From Candidatus Coatesbacteria bacterium (GTDB lineage Bacteria; RBG-13-66-14; B26-G2; JAUVZD01), in assembly GCA_030602715.1 (NCBI GenBank), contig JAUVZD010000001.1:364557-428556 (forward strand): a stretch of DNA of 64,000 nt, read 5' to 3'. Below are positions 48,462-57,384 of the stretch, piece after piece. The notes under the pieces were generated by a model. It searched no databases. It was not told the origin of the DNA and saw nothing but the letters and a program-made list of their open reading frames with translations. Position 1 is the first letter of the stretch; each line of letters starts with the position of its first letter. A program made the translations under genes and the position numbers.

Positions 48462-49499
48462 ATGGGTTCCTTCATTTGTGCCATTTCAGAAAGAGACTGG
48501 AAAATATCAAGAATTAAAGGTATTTATGGCAATAAAATGGGTAAACTTAGTAGAGATGGGTCATACCGTGAATTTCCACTTACAACAAAATACTCTATTA
48601 TAAGGGACCTTGTTGGAATGCAAAAAGGAGACAAGATCTTTTTTCATGTTATAGGCGATAGCAGCGTCCATGGTATCTACATTGTTCGTGAGGAACCCTT
48701 TTATGACACTTCAAAAATTTGGAAGGATGACCACGAAATATTTCCATATCGATTTCTCTTCAAGCCTCACCCTAAATACAAACATCTTTGCAAACAAGAT
48801 GCGAGTATTTCAGTTATTGATTTCTATGAAGTAATCGAACAGCGTATTATTTGGTCTTTGGCCACTCTTGAAAACGAAAGGAATATTGAAGCGCGTAGCG
48901 TTCGTAAAATTGAAGACGGGAAAGAGACAAAGGAGATCCTGAAGCTTCTTCATAGAGATTTCATCATTAACCGAATTAGCACTAATATCAAATTTTTTCC
49001 TATTAAATTACCCACCAATGCTAAACCCCTCAGAGATTGCATTCAAGATATTGGTCGATTTGAGAATTCCATCAAAGCATTGTTTATGTATAAAATTGGG
49101 CAAAATGAACCATCTATTGTCAATATTTTTGGAGCAGTATCTGACTTTATGAATGAAGTATTTATTGCCCAAACTACTAGAAAAAGCATCGACATCCTTT
49201 GCATTCAAAATAATAAACCTAATTCAAGAAGATATATCATTTGCGAGTTTAAAACTGACAAATGCGATATAAAAAGCCTTAGTCAGCTCCTTTATTATAC
49301 GGATCTGTTTAAAAGAAGGGATTTTGTAGACATAGCTAATGATGTAATATTTGGGTGCCTGATCGGTAAGCGTTTTGATCCTGAAGTCATAGAATTTTCC
49401 AAGAAAAGAAATTCTTATGGCATAAACGGTAGTATTTTCCTAATTGAATATACACCAATTGAAAAAGGAACGGATGCAGCTTTCAGGAGGATAGCCTAA
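48462..49499 (+). CDS. EVE/PUA-like domain fused to a PD-(D/E)XK (NucS-like) nuclease
   Basis: N-terminal DW..S...G.YG...GDKIFFH...GIY.V...PFYD...IW....FPYR. C-terminal E...SIDILC...ICEFK...QL..Y. Confidence 0.65.
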   Translation: MGSFICAISERDWKISRIKGIYGNKMGKLSRDGSYREFPLTTKYSIIRDLVGMQKGDKIFFHVIGDSSVHGIYIVREEPFYDTSKIWKDDHEIFPYRFLFKPHPKYKHLCKQDASISVIDFYEVIEQRIIWSLATLENERNIEARSVRKIEDGKETKEILKLLHRDFIINRISTNIKFFPIKLPTNAKPLRDCIQDIGRFENSIKALFMYKIGQNEPSIVNIFGAVSDFMNEVFIAQTTRKSIDILCIQNNKPNSRRYIICEFKTDKCDIKSLSQLLYYTDLFKRRDFVDIANDVIFGCLIGKRFDPEVIEFSKKRNSYGINGSIFLIEYTPIEKGTDAAFRRIA

Positions 49500-50305
49500 T
49501 GCAGAGATTAGGACCTGATAAGGTTTATTTCAAAGAAGGTTCAATCGTAATTTACAACGATGACTTTCTAAGTACAAAGTGCATAGATAAAGGTTGCATT
49601 GATTTGATTGTAACTTCCCCTCCTTACAATGTAGATATAAAGTATGGTTCATATAGCGATGAAATTCCCTATAAAGATTATTTAAAATTTACTTCAGATT
49701 GGCTTACCAAATGCTTTCAATTGTCAAAGGATGACGGAAGGTTTTGCCTAAACATACCATTAGATAAAAACAAAGGAGGACAGCAAAGTGTATGCGCTGA
49801 TATAACAACAATAGCAAAAAAGGTTGGATGGAAATATCACTCTACAATAATTTGGAATGAACAAAACATCTCAAGGAGGACTGCATGGGGTTCTTGGCTT
49901 AGTGCCTCAGCTCCCTATGTAATAGCCCCCGTTGAAGTAATCGTAATACTATATAAAAAGAACTGGAAAAAAACCAGTGGGACCAAACTGTCTGATATCA
50001 CAAAAGAGGAATTTGTTGAGTATACAAATGGAGTTTGGAATTTTAGTGGAGAGAGTAGGAAAAAAATAGGACATCCAGCACCATATCCCATAGAATTACC
50101 AAGAAGATGTATAAAGTTATTCAGCTACACCGGTGATACAATTCTTGATCCCTTTCTTGGAAGTGGAACAACTCTTATTGCTTGTTTGAACACAAAAAGA
50201 AAAGGAATTGGTATAGAAATAGATAAAAAATATTGTGAACTGGCTAAACAAAGACTTATCGCAGAAGGAAAAGTTTTTCAGTTAAGACTTGAATCTACCA
50301 AATAG
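49499..50305 (+). CDS. Amino DNA methyltransferase, beta class
   Basis: VTSPPYN, RTAWGSWLSAS, GHPAPYP, LDPFLGSGTT. Start overlaps the upstream stop. Confidence 0.93.
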   Translation: MQRLGPDKVYFKEGSIVIYNDDFLSTKCIDKGCIDLIVTSPPYNVDIKYGSYSDEIPYKDYLKFTSDWLTKCFQLSKDDGRFCLNIPLDKNKGGQQSVCADITTIAKKVGWKYHSTIIWNEQNISRRTAWGSWLSASAPYVIAPVEVIVILYKKNWKKTSGTKLSDITKEEFVEYTNGVWNFSGESRKKIGHPAPYPIELPRRCIKLFSYTGDTILDPFLGSGTTLIACLNTKRKGIGIEIDKKYCELAKQRLIAEGKVFQLRLESTK

Positions 50306-50320
50306 TCTAATACCCCCCCC

Positions 50321-51514
50321 TCACTCCCCCACCACTGACATAAAGTCGGCGTCCTTCCACAAGCTCACGAAGGCTAAGTCCACACTCGCGTTCGCCAAAA
50401 ACCCGGGGTCTAGCGCACCGGCTTGTTCAAGATACCACAGGGCGGTCTCCTTGCAATCCTGCACCGCACATATCTGCGCCGCCCAGTAATAGACCTGGGG
50501 GATGTCGTCCTTCAGCTCAATAATCCGCTCCATAGTGGTGAGCGCCTGGTCGTATTTTCGCAGGTTGATGAGCGACGCCGCCAGATTATAATGGGCCTCC
50601 ACATTGCCCGGCTCCTCCTCTATCGCCCGCTGGAAATAACCCTCCGCCTCTCCGTCCCTGCCCAACCGGGCAAGGGCAAAGCCCAAAGCCACCCACAAGT
50701 CTATGTCCTCATAGCCCTCAACGGATGCCCGCTCAAAGGCTTCCAACGCCTCATCATACCGCCCGGCCTGGGTGAGGGACCAGCCCTCCCAGAATAGCTC
50801 CTGCGGTCCCCCTTCGCCGAATGTCTTTGCGGTCTCCAGAGCGGACATCCCCCCGTAGGTATCCCCCAGGTTCATACGAGCCCGAGCCAGACCGAACCAG
50901 CCGTCGCCGTCGTGGGGCTCAAAGACCAGATAGCGCTCAAATGCCGATTCTGCTTCCTCGTCCAAGCCGGCGGAGAGCGCCGTCTCCGCCTTCAGCTTCC
51001 AGGCGTCGGGGTTGTCCCCCTCAATGGAGAGAAGCGCCGCCAGGTCGTCAAAGCAATCCTGGTAATATCCCAACTTACTGTTGAAGAACGCCCGATAGTA
51101 GAGCCCCAGAGGATAATCCGGCACCAGGTTCAGGGCGATATCCAGCTCATCCAGAGCCTCACTCACCTCTCCCAGGTGGAAGAGGGCAAAAGCTATATGG
51201 GCGTGGATCTCCGCCATCTTGCCCTCGGGGGCATAGATGACCGCTGTATCCAGACTGTCCAGAGCCTCCTGGAACCGTTTCAGGGAGTTCAGGGCGGCGC
51301 CCTTGTTAAAATACGGCGCCCAGTAGTCCGGGGCGATGTGGATTGCATGGTCGTAGGCTTCAATTGCGGTCTCAAAGCCACCGCTGGAAGCCATGAAGAG
51401 CCCGTAGCGATTGAACTCCTCGGCGTCCCTGTTGACCGCAAAGGAGACGGTCGCCGAAAGCAGAACTAAAAACATAAAGGCGACAACTCTCACATTACCC
51501 TCCATTATAAGCAA
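50321..51514 (-). CDS. Secreted multi-TPR protein
   Basis: Signal peptide and about 9 TPR repeats (YFNKGAAL, AHYNLAASL, YYWAAQICA). Confidence 0.87.
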   Translation of the reverse strand: MLIMEGNVRVVAFMFLVLLSATVSFAVNRDAEEFNRYGLFMASSGGFETAIEAYDHAIHIAPDYWAPYFNKGAALNSLKRFQEALDSLDTAVIYAPEGKMAEIHAHIAFALFHLGEVSEALDELDIALNLVPDYPLGLYYRAFFNSKLGYYQDCFDDLAALLSIEGDNPDAWKLKAETALSAGLDEEAESAFERYLVFEPHDGDGWFGLARARMNLGDTYGGMSALETAKTFGEGGPQELFWEGWSLTQAGRYDEALEAFERASVEGYEDIDLWVALGFALARLGRDGEAEGYFQRAIEEEPGNVEAHYNLAASLINLRKYDQALTTMERIIELKDDIPQVYYWAAQICAVQDCKETALWYLEQAGALDPGFLANASVDLAFVSLWKDADFMSVVGE

Positions 51515-51546
51515 TGATTATACCATATTCAATTGCACAGTATTAT

Positions 51547-51574
51547 AAAAAAACCGCCGGCAGGCGCCAGCGGT
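51547..51574 (-). terminator. Intrinsic terminator of the lexA operon
   Basis: ACCGCTGGC-GCCT-GCCGGCGGT followed by a T run on the minus strand. Confidence 0.7.
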
Positions 51575-51698
51575 CCCTCCACTATCATTCACCCCGACCA
51601 TTCTCAGTCCCCGGGGCTAATCTCTTAGACCAGCTTGAAAAATCTCCCCGACCGACCCGCCGGGCTCAGGCGCTCCTGCTCGCCTTCATGCGCCCGTC

Positions 51699-51950
51699 TC
51701 AGCCCGAGGAGTAACTGCCCTTGATGCGCCACTCCGAGAACTGGGCATCAAAGCATATCTCAAAGATATTGACCCCGTCGCTCACCGCAAAACAGCGCAG
51801 GGGGCGCATCCCCTGCCGGTCCTCCCAGGAATAGGTTACCCTGACGATGTTGTAGCGGATACCGCGCCACTCAAACCAGACCGGACGAATGTTCCCGCCG
51901 TAAAATACAGCCCCCACCCGGATGGGGTCGTTCCAACGTTCCTGCTCCAA
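51699..51950 (-). CDS. Small conserved protein co-transcribed with lexA
   Basis: 83 aa, PVWFEWRGIRY...W...F.VSDG.NIFEICFD...WR. Starts 4 nt after the lexA stop. Confidence 0.8.
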   Translation of the reverse strand: MEQERWNDPIRVGAVFYGGNIRPVWFEWRGIRYNIVRVTYSWEDRQGMRPLRCFAVSDGVNIFEICFDAQFSEWRIKGSYSSG

Positions 51951-51954
51951 CTCT

Positions 51955-52578
51955 TTATCCTCCTACCCCCTCCCTTATGAGACTTACCACTCTGCCGATT
52001 ATGCGCACCTCGTCCTCCACCCCCTCCATCACTATGGGCTTATATCTGGGGTTGGAGGGGATGAGGGTGGGGCGTCCGCCCTTGCGGGAGAAGCGTTTGA
52101 CCGTAGCCTCCTCGCCCAACAGAGCCACCACGATCTGACCCTCCTCGGCGGTCTCGGCACGGCGCACCACCACCAGATCGCCGTCCAGGATGTGGTCGCC
52201 TATCATGCTGTCCCCACTAATCCGCAAGAGAAAGATATCCCCCTGGGGAAGCAGACTGCGGTCTATGGATAGCACTCCCTCCCAGTTCTCCTCCGCCAGC
52301 AGGGGCACCCCGGCAGCCACCCGACCGATGATGGGAAGAGCCCTGGCGCTTACCGCCGGTCCCTTTCCCTCACCTATCACCGAAAGCCCCCGGGAGAGCC
52401 CCGGCTTACTGCGCAGGTAGCCCTTCCTGATCAGGGCCTGCAGATGGTCAAAGACCGCCCGAGGACCGATGCCCAGCACCCCGGCCATCTCCCGCACCGT
52501 GGGGGGCTGACCGTTAGCCTCTATCCACTCCACCACCACCCGATAGACCTCTCCCTGTCTGTGGGTCAAGCCTTCCAT
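51955..52578 (-). CDS. lexA: SOS repressor LexA
   Basis: LT.RQ, PPTVREM, GRVAAG.P cleavage site, GDSMIG (Ser), EEATVKR (Lys). Confidence 0.96.
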   Translation of the reverse strand: MEGLTHRQGEVYRVVVEWIEANGQPPTVREMAGVLGIGPRAVFDHLQALIRKGYLRSKPGLSRGLSVIGEGKGPAVSARALPIIGRVAAGVPLLAEENWEGVLSIDRSLLPQGDIFLLRISGDSMIGDHILDGDLVVVRRAETAEEGQIVVALLGEEATVKRFSRKGGRPTLIPSNPRYKPIVMEGVEDEVRIIGRVVSLIREGVGG

Positions 52579-52618
52579 GGCTACACCTCCATGATAGCTA
52601 AAGAGTGCACATCAGCCG

Positions 52619-52665
52619 AAACATCCGCTCAACAAAAGTATACACAACATCCGTTGCGATGTCAA
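52619..52665 (-). promoter_or_regulatory. lexA promoter with two candidate operators (52645-52656 and 52619-52630)
   Basis: TTGACA-tcg-CAACGGATGTTG-tg-TATACT, plus a downstream GAGCGGATGTTT. AACATCCG is repeated 26 nt apart. Confidence 0.8.
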
Positions 52666-52711
52666 GTAAAATTTTCGCTCCAGGAGCGTTTTTTTGCATT
52701 TTTGGGGCGTT

Positions 52712-52739
52712 AAAAAATCCCTCCCTTGTGGAGGGATTT
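52712..52739 (-). terminator. Intrinsic terminator after the nadB-guaA unit
   Basis: Perfect 10-bp stem AAATCCCTCC/GGAGGGATTT with a T tract on the minus strand. Confidence 0.8.
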
Positions 52740-52767
52740 CTCTTCACCGGCGGGGTAAAAAGCCAGT

Positions 52768-53060
52768 TTAAGTGAGGATGTAGCTTTTAAGCTCGGCGAG
52801 ATATTCAATGTCCTCAAAGGGGTCGGGCAGATCAACCTGTATATACATTTTCATCCGCCCCACACCCGGTTTGAACCATACATATATCGGCAGGACCAGG
52901 GGGAAATCCCCCCAGCTGGAGAGGTGGACGACCATAATGCTGTTATAGATAATCTTATAGCAGTCGGCAAAGGTCCCGGCGGTAACCACGACATCCTCCT
53001 GGGAATCAACGCTGGCGGCGATGGTGATATCAATAGTATCATCTATGGGGAATGAGTTCT
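52768..53060 (-). pseudogene. 3' fragment of a DUF3108/TapB-like secreted protein
   Basis: EDVVVTAGTFADCYKI...VWFKPGVG..KM motif. No signal peptide or N-terminal domain; abuts the guaA stop. Confidence 0.55.
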
Positions 53061-53096
53061 TTTTGCAAAGAGACCCCCCTTCACCCCCCTCAGCCC

Positions 53097-54659
53097 CTAC
53101 TCCCATTCTATGGTCGCCGGGGGCTTGGAGCTGATGTCATAGACAACCCGATTTATACCCCTGACCTCATTTATAATCCTGGTGGAGATGGAGGAAAGTA
53201 AGCTCTCCGGCAGGTGGATCCAGTCGGCGGTCATGCCGTCGGTTGAGGTTACACAGCGCAGGGCGACCACATTCTCGTAGGTGCGGGCGTCGCCCATCAC
53301 CCCCACCGTGCGCACCGGCAGAAGCACCACCAGAGCCTGCCACACTTTATCATAGTAGTCTGCTTTCTTCAACTCCTCTATGGCGATGGCGTCAGCCCGA
53401 CGGACCAGCTCCAACCTCTGTGGGGTCACCTCCCCCAGTATACGTACCGCAAGTCCCGGTCCCGGGAAGGGATGTCTGCCGACTATCTCCTCCGGCAAAT
53501 CCAGTTCCCGCCCCACCTCCCGCACCTCGTCCTTGAAGAGATACTTCAAGGGCTCCACCAGCTCAAGTTCCATCCCCTCCGGCAGTCCGCCCACATTGTG
53601 ATGGCTCTTGATGATGGCGCTGGGACCCTTGACCGAGACCGATTCTATATAATCGGGATAGAGCGTCCCCTGGGCTAGGAAGCGCAAGCCCTGCTCCTTT
53701 CGGGCTCGCTCCTCAAAAACCTCAATGAAGGTATGACCGATGATGCGCCGTTTCTCCTCCGGTTCCTCCACCCCGCTAAGGTTCTTGATGAAGAGCTGGC
53801 CGGCGTCAACGACCTCAAGGGGAAGGATGGCGGATAGATAGCCCTGAACCTGCTCCACCTCCCCCTGGCGCATTAAACCGTTGTCCACCAGAACGCAGAG
53901 CAGTTGTTCGCCAATCGCCCGGCGAATGAGGGTAGCCATCACCGTGGAATCCACCCCGCCGGAGAGGGCGCAGAGCACTTTCTCGGCACCCACCTGCTCC
54001 TTTATCTTCAGAATCGCCATCTCCACAAAGGATTTGACGGTCCAGTCGGGGGAGAGGTTGCAGATTTTGAACAGGAAGTTGGCAAGCATCTGCTTTCCCT
54101 TCTCCGTATGATGCACCTCCGGATGGAACTGCACCCCCAGGATAGTGTCGTCTGCGTTGGCGACAGCCGCATAAGGGGCGTTCTCGGTGTGGGCGATGGC
54201 GTGAAAATCAGGGGGGATAGTCTCAAGCGCATCGCCGTGGCTCATCCACACCCGCTCCACCTCATCCAGACCGGAGAAGAGGGGATGGGCGGTATCCACA
54301 TTGAGGTCGGCAAAACCATACTCCCTTCTCCCGGCGCCTGCCACCTTCCCTCCCAGCTTATGGGATATATACTGCAGACCGTAGCAGATGCCCAGCAGAG
54401 GAATCCCCATCCGCAGGATAAAATCCCCCGGCAGGGGGGCATCCTCATCGGTGACCGAGCTGGGACCCCCGGAGAGGATAATCCCCCCGATGGTGGAGAG
54501 TGGCGCCAGTTCCCCTTTAGTCACCCAATAGGGAAATATCTCCGAATAGATGCCCAACTCCCTGACTTTGCGGGCGATGAGCTGGGTATATTGGGACCCG
54601 AAATCAAGGATAGCCACTCTCTTCGCACCAGCTTCGGATTTACCCTTCAATTCTGCCAT
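53097..54659 (-). CDS. guaA: GMP synthase (glutamine-hydrolysing)
   Basis: LDFGSQYTQLIAR, GICYG, QFHPEV, SGGVDS, LAQGTLYPD, IKSHHNVGGLP, SKPPATIEWE. Confidence 0.98.
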   Translation of the reverse strand: MAELKGKSEAGAKRVAILDFGSQYTQLIARKVRELGIYSEIFPYWVTKGELAPLSTIGGIILSGGPSSVTDEDAPLPGDFILRMGIPLLGICYGLQYISHKLGGKVAGAGRREYGFADLNVDTAHPLFSGLDEVERVWMSHGDALETIPPDFHAIAHTENAPYAAVANADDTILGVQFHPEVHHTEKGKQMLANFLFKICNLSPDWTVKSFVEMAILKIKEQVGAEKVLCALSGGVDSTVMATLIRRAIGEQLLCVLVDNGLMRQGEVEQVQGYLSAILPLEVVDAGQLFIKNLSGVEEPEEKRRIIGHTFIEVFEERARKEQGLRFLAQGTLYPDYIESVSVKGPSAIIKSHHNVGGLPEGMELELVEPLKYLFKDEVREVGRELDLPEEIVGRHPFPGPGLAVRILGEVTPQRLELVRRADAIAIEELKKADYYDKVWQALVVLLPVRTVGVMGDARTYENVVALRCVTSTDGMTADWIHLPESLLSSISTRIINEVRGINRVVYDISSKPPATIEWE

Positions 54660-54662
54660 CGT

Positions 54663-56282
54663 TTACACCTCACCAAAATCCTCAATCGGCGGGTCTATAA
54701 AATTATCCCTCCGCCAATTCTCATCATCCCTTTCGGGGTGATCTATATTATAATGCAAACCACGGGACTCCTTTCTGCGCATAGCCCCATAGATGACCAG
54801 ACCGGCGACCACGGCGATATTTTTGGTCTCCAGGCTGTCCACTGTGGGGAAATATTTCCCGCAGAACTCATCCACCACCCGGCGAATTTGAGCTATCTTG
54901 CCGGCGGCGATGGCAAGCCTTTCATCGGAGCGCACCACCCCCACATAATTGTGCATCAACCGTCTGACCGCGGCCCACTCGTGGGAGACCACCACCGACT
55001 CCTTCGCCTGAGGAAGCCCCTCCAAAACAGTGGATTTGACCTCATTATCCTTCAGGTTGACCTCTTGCATCAACTCCGGGGCGATGGTAGCCGCCCGATG
55101 AGCCATCACCAGCGCCTCCAGCAGGGAATTGGAGGCTAAGCGGTTGGCTCCGTGCATCCCGGTGCAGGCTACCTCCCCCACCGCCTGAAGCCCCAGGAGA
55201 CTGGTCTTGCCGTAAGTATCCGTCCACACCCCGCCACAGAAATAATGCGCCGCCGGAACCACCGGAATGGGTTCCTTGGTCACATCTATGCCCAACAGCT
55301 TACAGTTCTCATAGATGTAGGGGAAGCGCTCCCTGACCTGGGCGGAGCCGATGGGGCGCATATCCAGATAGACGCAGTCATCGCCCCGCTTCTTTATGGT
55401 GGCGTCTATCGCCCTGGCGACGATATCCCGTGGTGCCAGCTCACCACGGGGGTCAAACTTTTGGGCGAAGCGCTCTCCGTCCCTGGTAATCAGTATACCC
55501 CCCTCACCCCGCACCGCTTCGGTGATGAGGAAAGAGCGCTCCAGGATAGTTTTTGCCCCGGGATAGTAAAGGCAGGTGGGGTGGAACTGGACGAACTCCA
55601 TATTGGCAAGCCTCACGCCAGCTCTATAAGCCATAGCCATACCGTCGCCGGTGGCCACATTGGGGTTGCTGGTCACCAGATAGACCTTTCCCGCACCGCC
55701 CGAAGCCAGAAGGGTCAATCGGGAGAGAAAGAGCTCCACTCTCCCCTCGTCGGTCAACACCCAACATCCCAGACAGCGCCTTGAGGGACCCTCGCCGGCT
55801 GTAGCAATATCTATAACCATAGAATTCTCCAGCAGGGTGATATTCTCATGCTCCCGCACATTTTGGAGCAGGGCTGATTCCACCTTCTGACCGGTGAAGT
55901 CCTTGGCGTGGACGATGCGCCTGCGGGAATGCCCCCCTTCCTTGCCCAAATCCAGTCGGTTCCCATCGCCCTTCTTCTTGGTGAAATCCACCCCCAACTC
56001 CATCAACGCCTCTATCCGGGACGGTCCTTCTCGCACCACCAACTCCACCACCTCCCGGTGGCAGAGTCCCGCTCCCGCATTCACGGTGTCTTCCAGATGG
56101 GTCTTAAAGCTGTCCTCCGGGTCCAGCACCGCAGCAATCCCCCCCTGGGCGAAGTTGGTAGCCGAATCGGAGTCCTCCTTCTTGGTAACTATTACCACCT
56201 TGCCGTAGTCAGCCACCTGCAAAGCGTAGGAAAGCCCGGCGATTCCCGAACCTATGATTAGAAAATCACTCCGCTCCATCAC
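54663..56282 (-). CDS. nadB: L-aspartate oxidase
   Basis: GSGIAG, AQGGIAA, EGGHSRRRI.H, QFHPT, TEAVRGEG, PAAHYFCGG, HGANRLASNSLLE, ESRGLHY. Confidence 0.97.
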   Translation of the reverse strand: MMERSDFLIIGSGIAGLSYALQVADYGKVVIVTKKEDSDSATNFAQGGIAAVLDPEDSFKTHLEDTVNAGAGLCHREVVELVVREGPSRIEALMELGVDFTKKKGDGNRLDLGKEGGHSRRRIVHAKDFTGQKVESALLQNVREHENITLLENSMVIDIATAGEGPSRRCLGCWVLTDEGRVELFLSRLTLLASGGAGKVYLVTSNPNVATGDGMAMAYRAGVRLANMEFVQFHPTCLYYPGAKTILERSFLITEAVRGEGGILITRDGERFAQKFDPRGELAPRDIVARAIDATIKKRGDDCVYLDMRPIGSAQVRERFPYIYENCKLLGIDVTKEPIPVVPAAHYFCGGVWTDTYGKTSLLGLQAVGEVACTGMHGANRLASNSLLEALVMAHRAATIAPELMQEVNLKDNEVKSTVLEGLPQAKESVVVSHEWAAVRRLMHNYVGVVRSDERLAIAAGKIAQIRRVVDEFCGKYFPTVDSLETKNIAVVAGLVIYGAMRRKESRGLHYNIDHPERDDENWRRDNFIDPPIEDFGEV

Positions 56283-56294
56283 TTTCCCTCATCT

Positions 56295-57353
56295 TTACCC
56301 TTGACCCTCCATAAGAACGATGGGATTGGAGAATACCCACGGAAGAGAGCGGTTTTTTCCGGACTCCGACGGCAGATAGACCTCCGCCCGATAGACCCCC
56401 GGTGAGCCTGCTTCATACTCCAGCCGACTACCTACCGCTTCCTTGACCACAATACCACTGCACAATAGCCTTATCTTCGCCTCCCTGGGGCTCTCAATCC
56501 GAAAAGCCACTCCCTCAGAGAATTCCACCCTATCACCCATAGAAAGACTCTTCCCATCTGAAAGCTCCCCCCAAAAGCGAAATCCCTTTGCCGACCCAAA
56601 AGCCTCCATGGAAATATACAGGCGACCCAACCTGAGAGCATCCAGAAGTGCCCGCTTATCCCGCTTGAAATCACCGCTCAGGGGCTTTTCCAGCAGGAGA
56701 TGATTGTGCACCGTGCCCATAGCGAAGCGGTAAGGGAATATGGTCAGGCGGATGAAAAGAAACCCGTGGTGCTTCCCGTGATTGTCTATCTCTCCGATTC
56801 CCACCACCCGCCGTTTCAGGTTCATCTCATCCCACCGCTTCAGGGTAACTGTCCTGGGTCCGCGAATATGTCCCAGGGGATTGAGCACCCCTTTTATTCC
56901 CTGCCAGATGCCGGTCACCCGCTCCTGCCAGTCGGTCATCAGGTCCCAGATACCGATACCGGTGAAGCCATCCACCTCCCAGTGGGTCCAGTTATAACAC
57001 CCCACACCGAAGCGAGGAACCCCCACATGGTCCGGGTGAGCGATGAAGCCCAGACCGCCGGCATACCTCACCGCTGTTACAAAAACCTGTGGACCTCCAT
57101 CGCTGTTGATGAGTTTATCGGTGCCTAAAACCAGATAGTGGTCCTTTTCCGGGGTGATCTCATATCCACACAGAAGCATTATCCTATCATGATACCCCTC
57201 GTAACCAAACTCAAGCGCCCGCAGAGTGTCGTGGTCGGTCAAAACCACAAAATCCAGGTGATTCTGTGAAGCCGCAGTCATAATCTCTCCGATATCTGCG
57301 GTGCCGTCGGAGAAAGTGGAATGGAGATGTATCACCCCTACAGCTTCATACAT
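56295..57353 (-). CDS. PHP-domain (CehA/McbA-like) metallohydrolase
   Basis: IHLHSTFSDG, LTDHD, AHP, GEIDNHG, WVFSNPI. Start placed at ATG 57353. Confidence 0.87.
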   Translation of the reverse strand: MYEAVGVIHLHSTFSDGTADIGEIMTAASQNHLDFVVLTDHDTLRALEFGYEGYHDRIMLLCGYEITPEKDHYLVLGTDKLINSDGGPQVFVTAVRYAGGLGFIAHPDHVGVPRFGVGCYNWTHWEVDGFTGIGIWDLMTDWQERVTGIWQGIKGVLNPLGHIRGPRTVTLKRWDEMNLKRRVVGIGEIDNHGKHHGFLFIRLTIFPYRFAMGTVHNHLLLEKPLSGDFKRDKRALLDALRLGRLYISMEAFGSAKGFRFWGELSDGKSLSMGDRVEFSEGVAFRIESPREAKIRLLCSGIVVKEAVGSRLEYEAGSPGVYRAEVYLPSESGKNRSLPWVFSNPIVLMEGQG

Positions 57354-57384
57354 GGAGACTCCCAACCATCGGACTAAACATCCC

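Noticed and set aside
33575-50310. Prophage or classical integrative element
   Set aside because: No integrase, transposase, structural phage gene or tRNA attachment site in the window, and core genes are interspersed.
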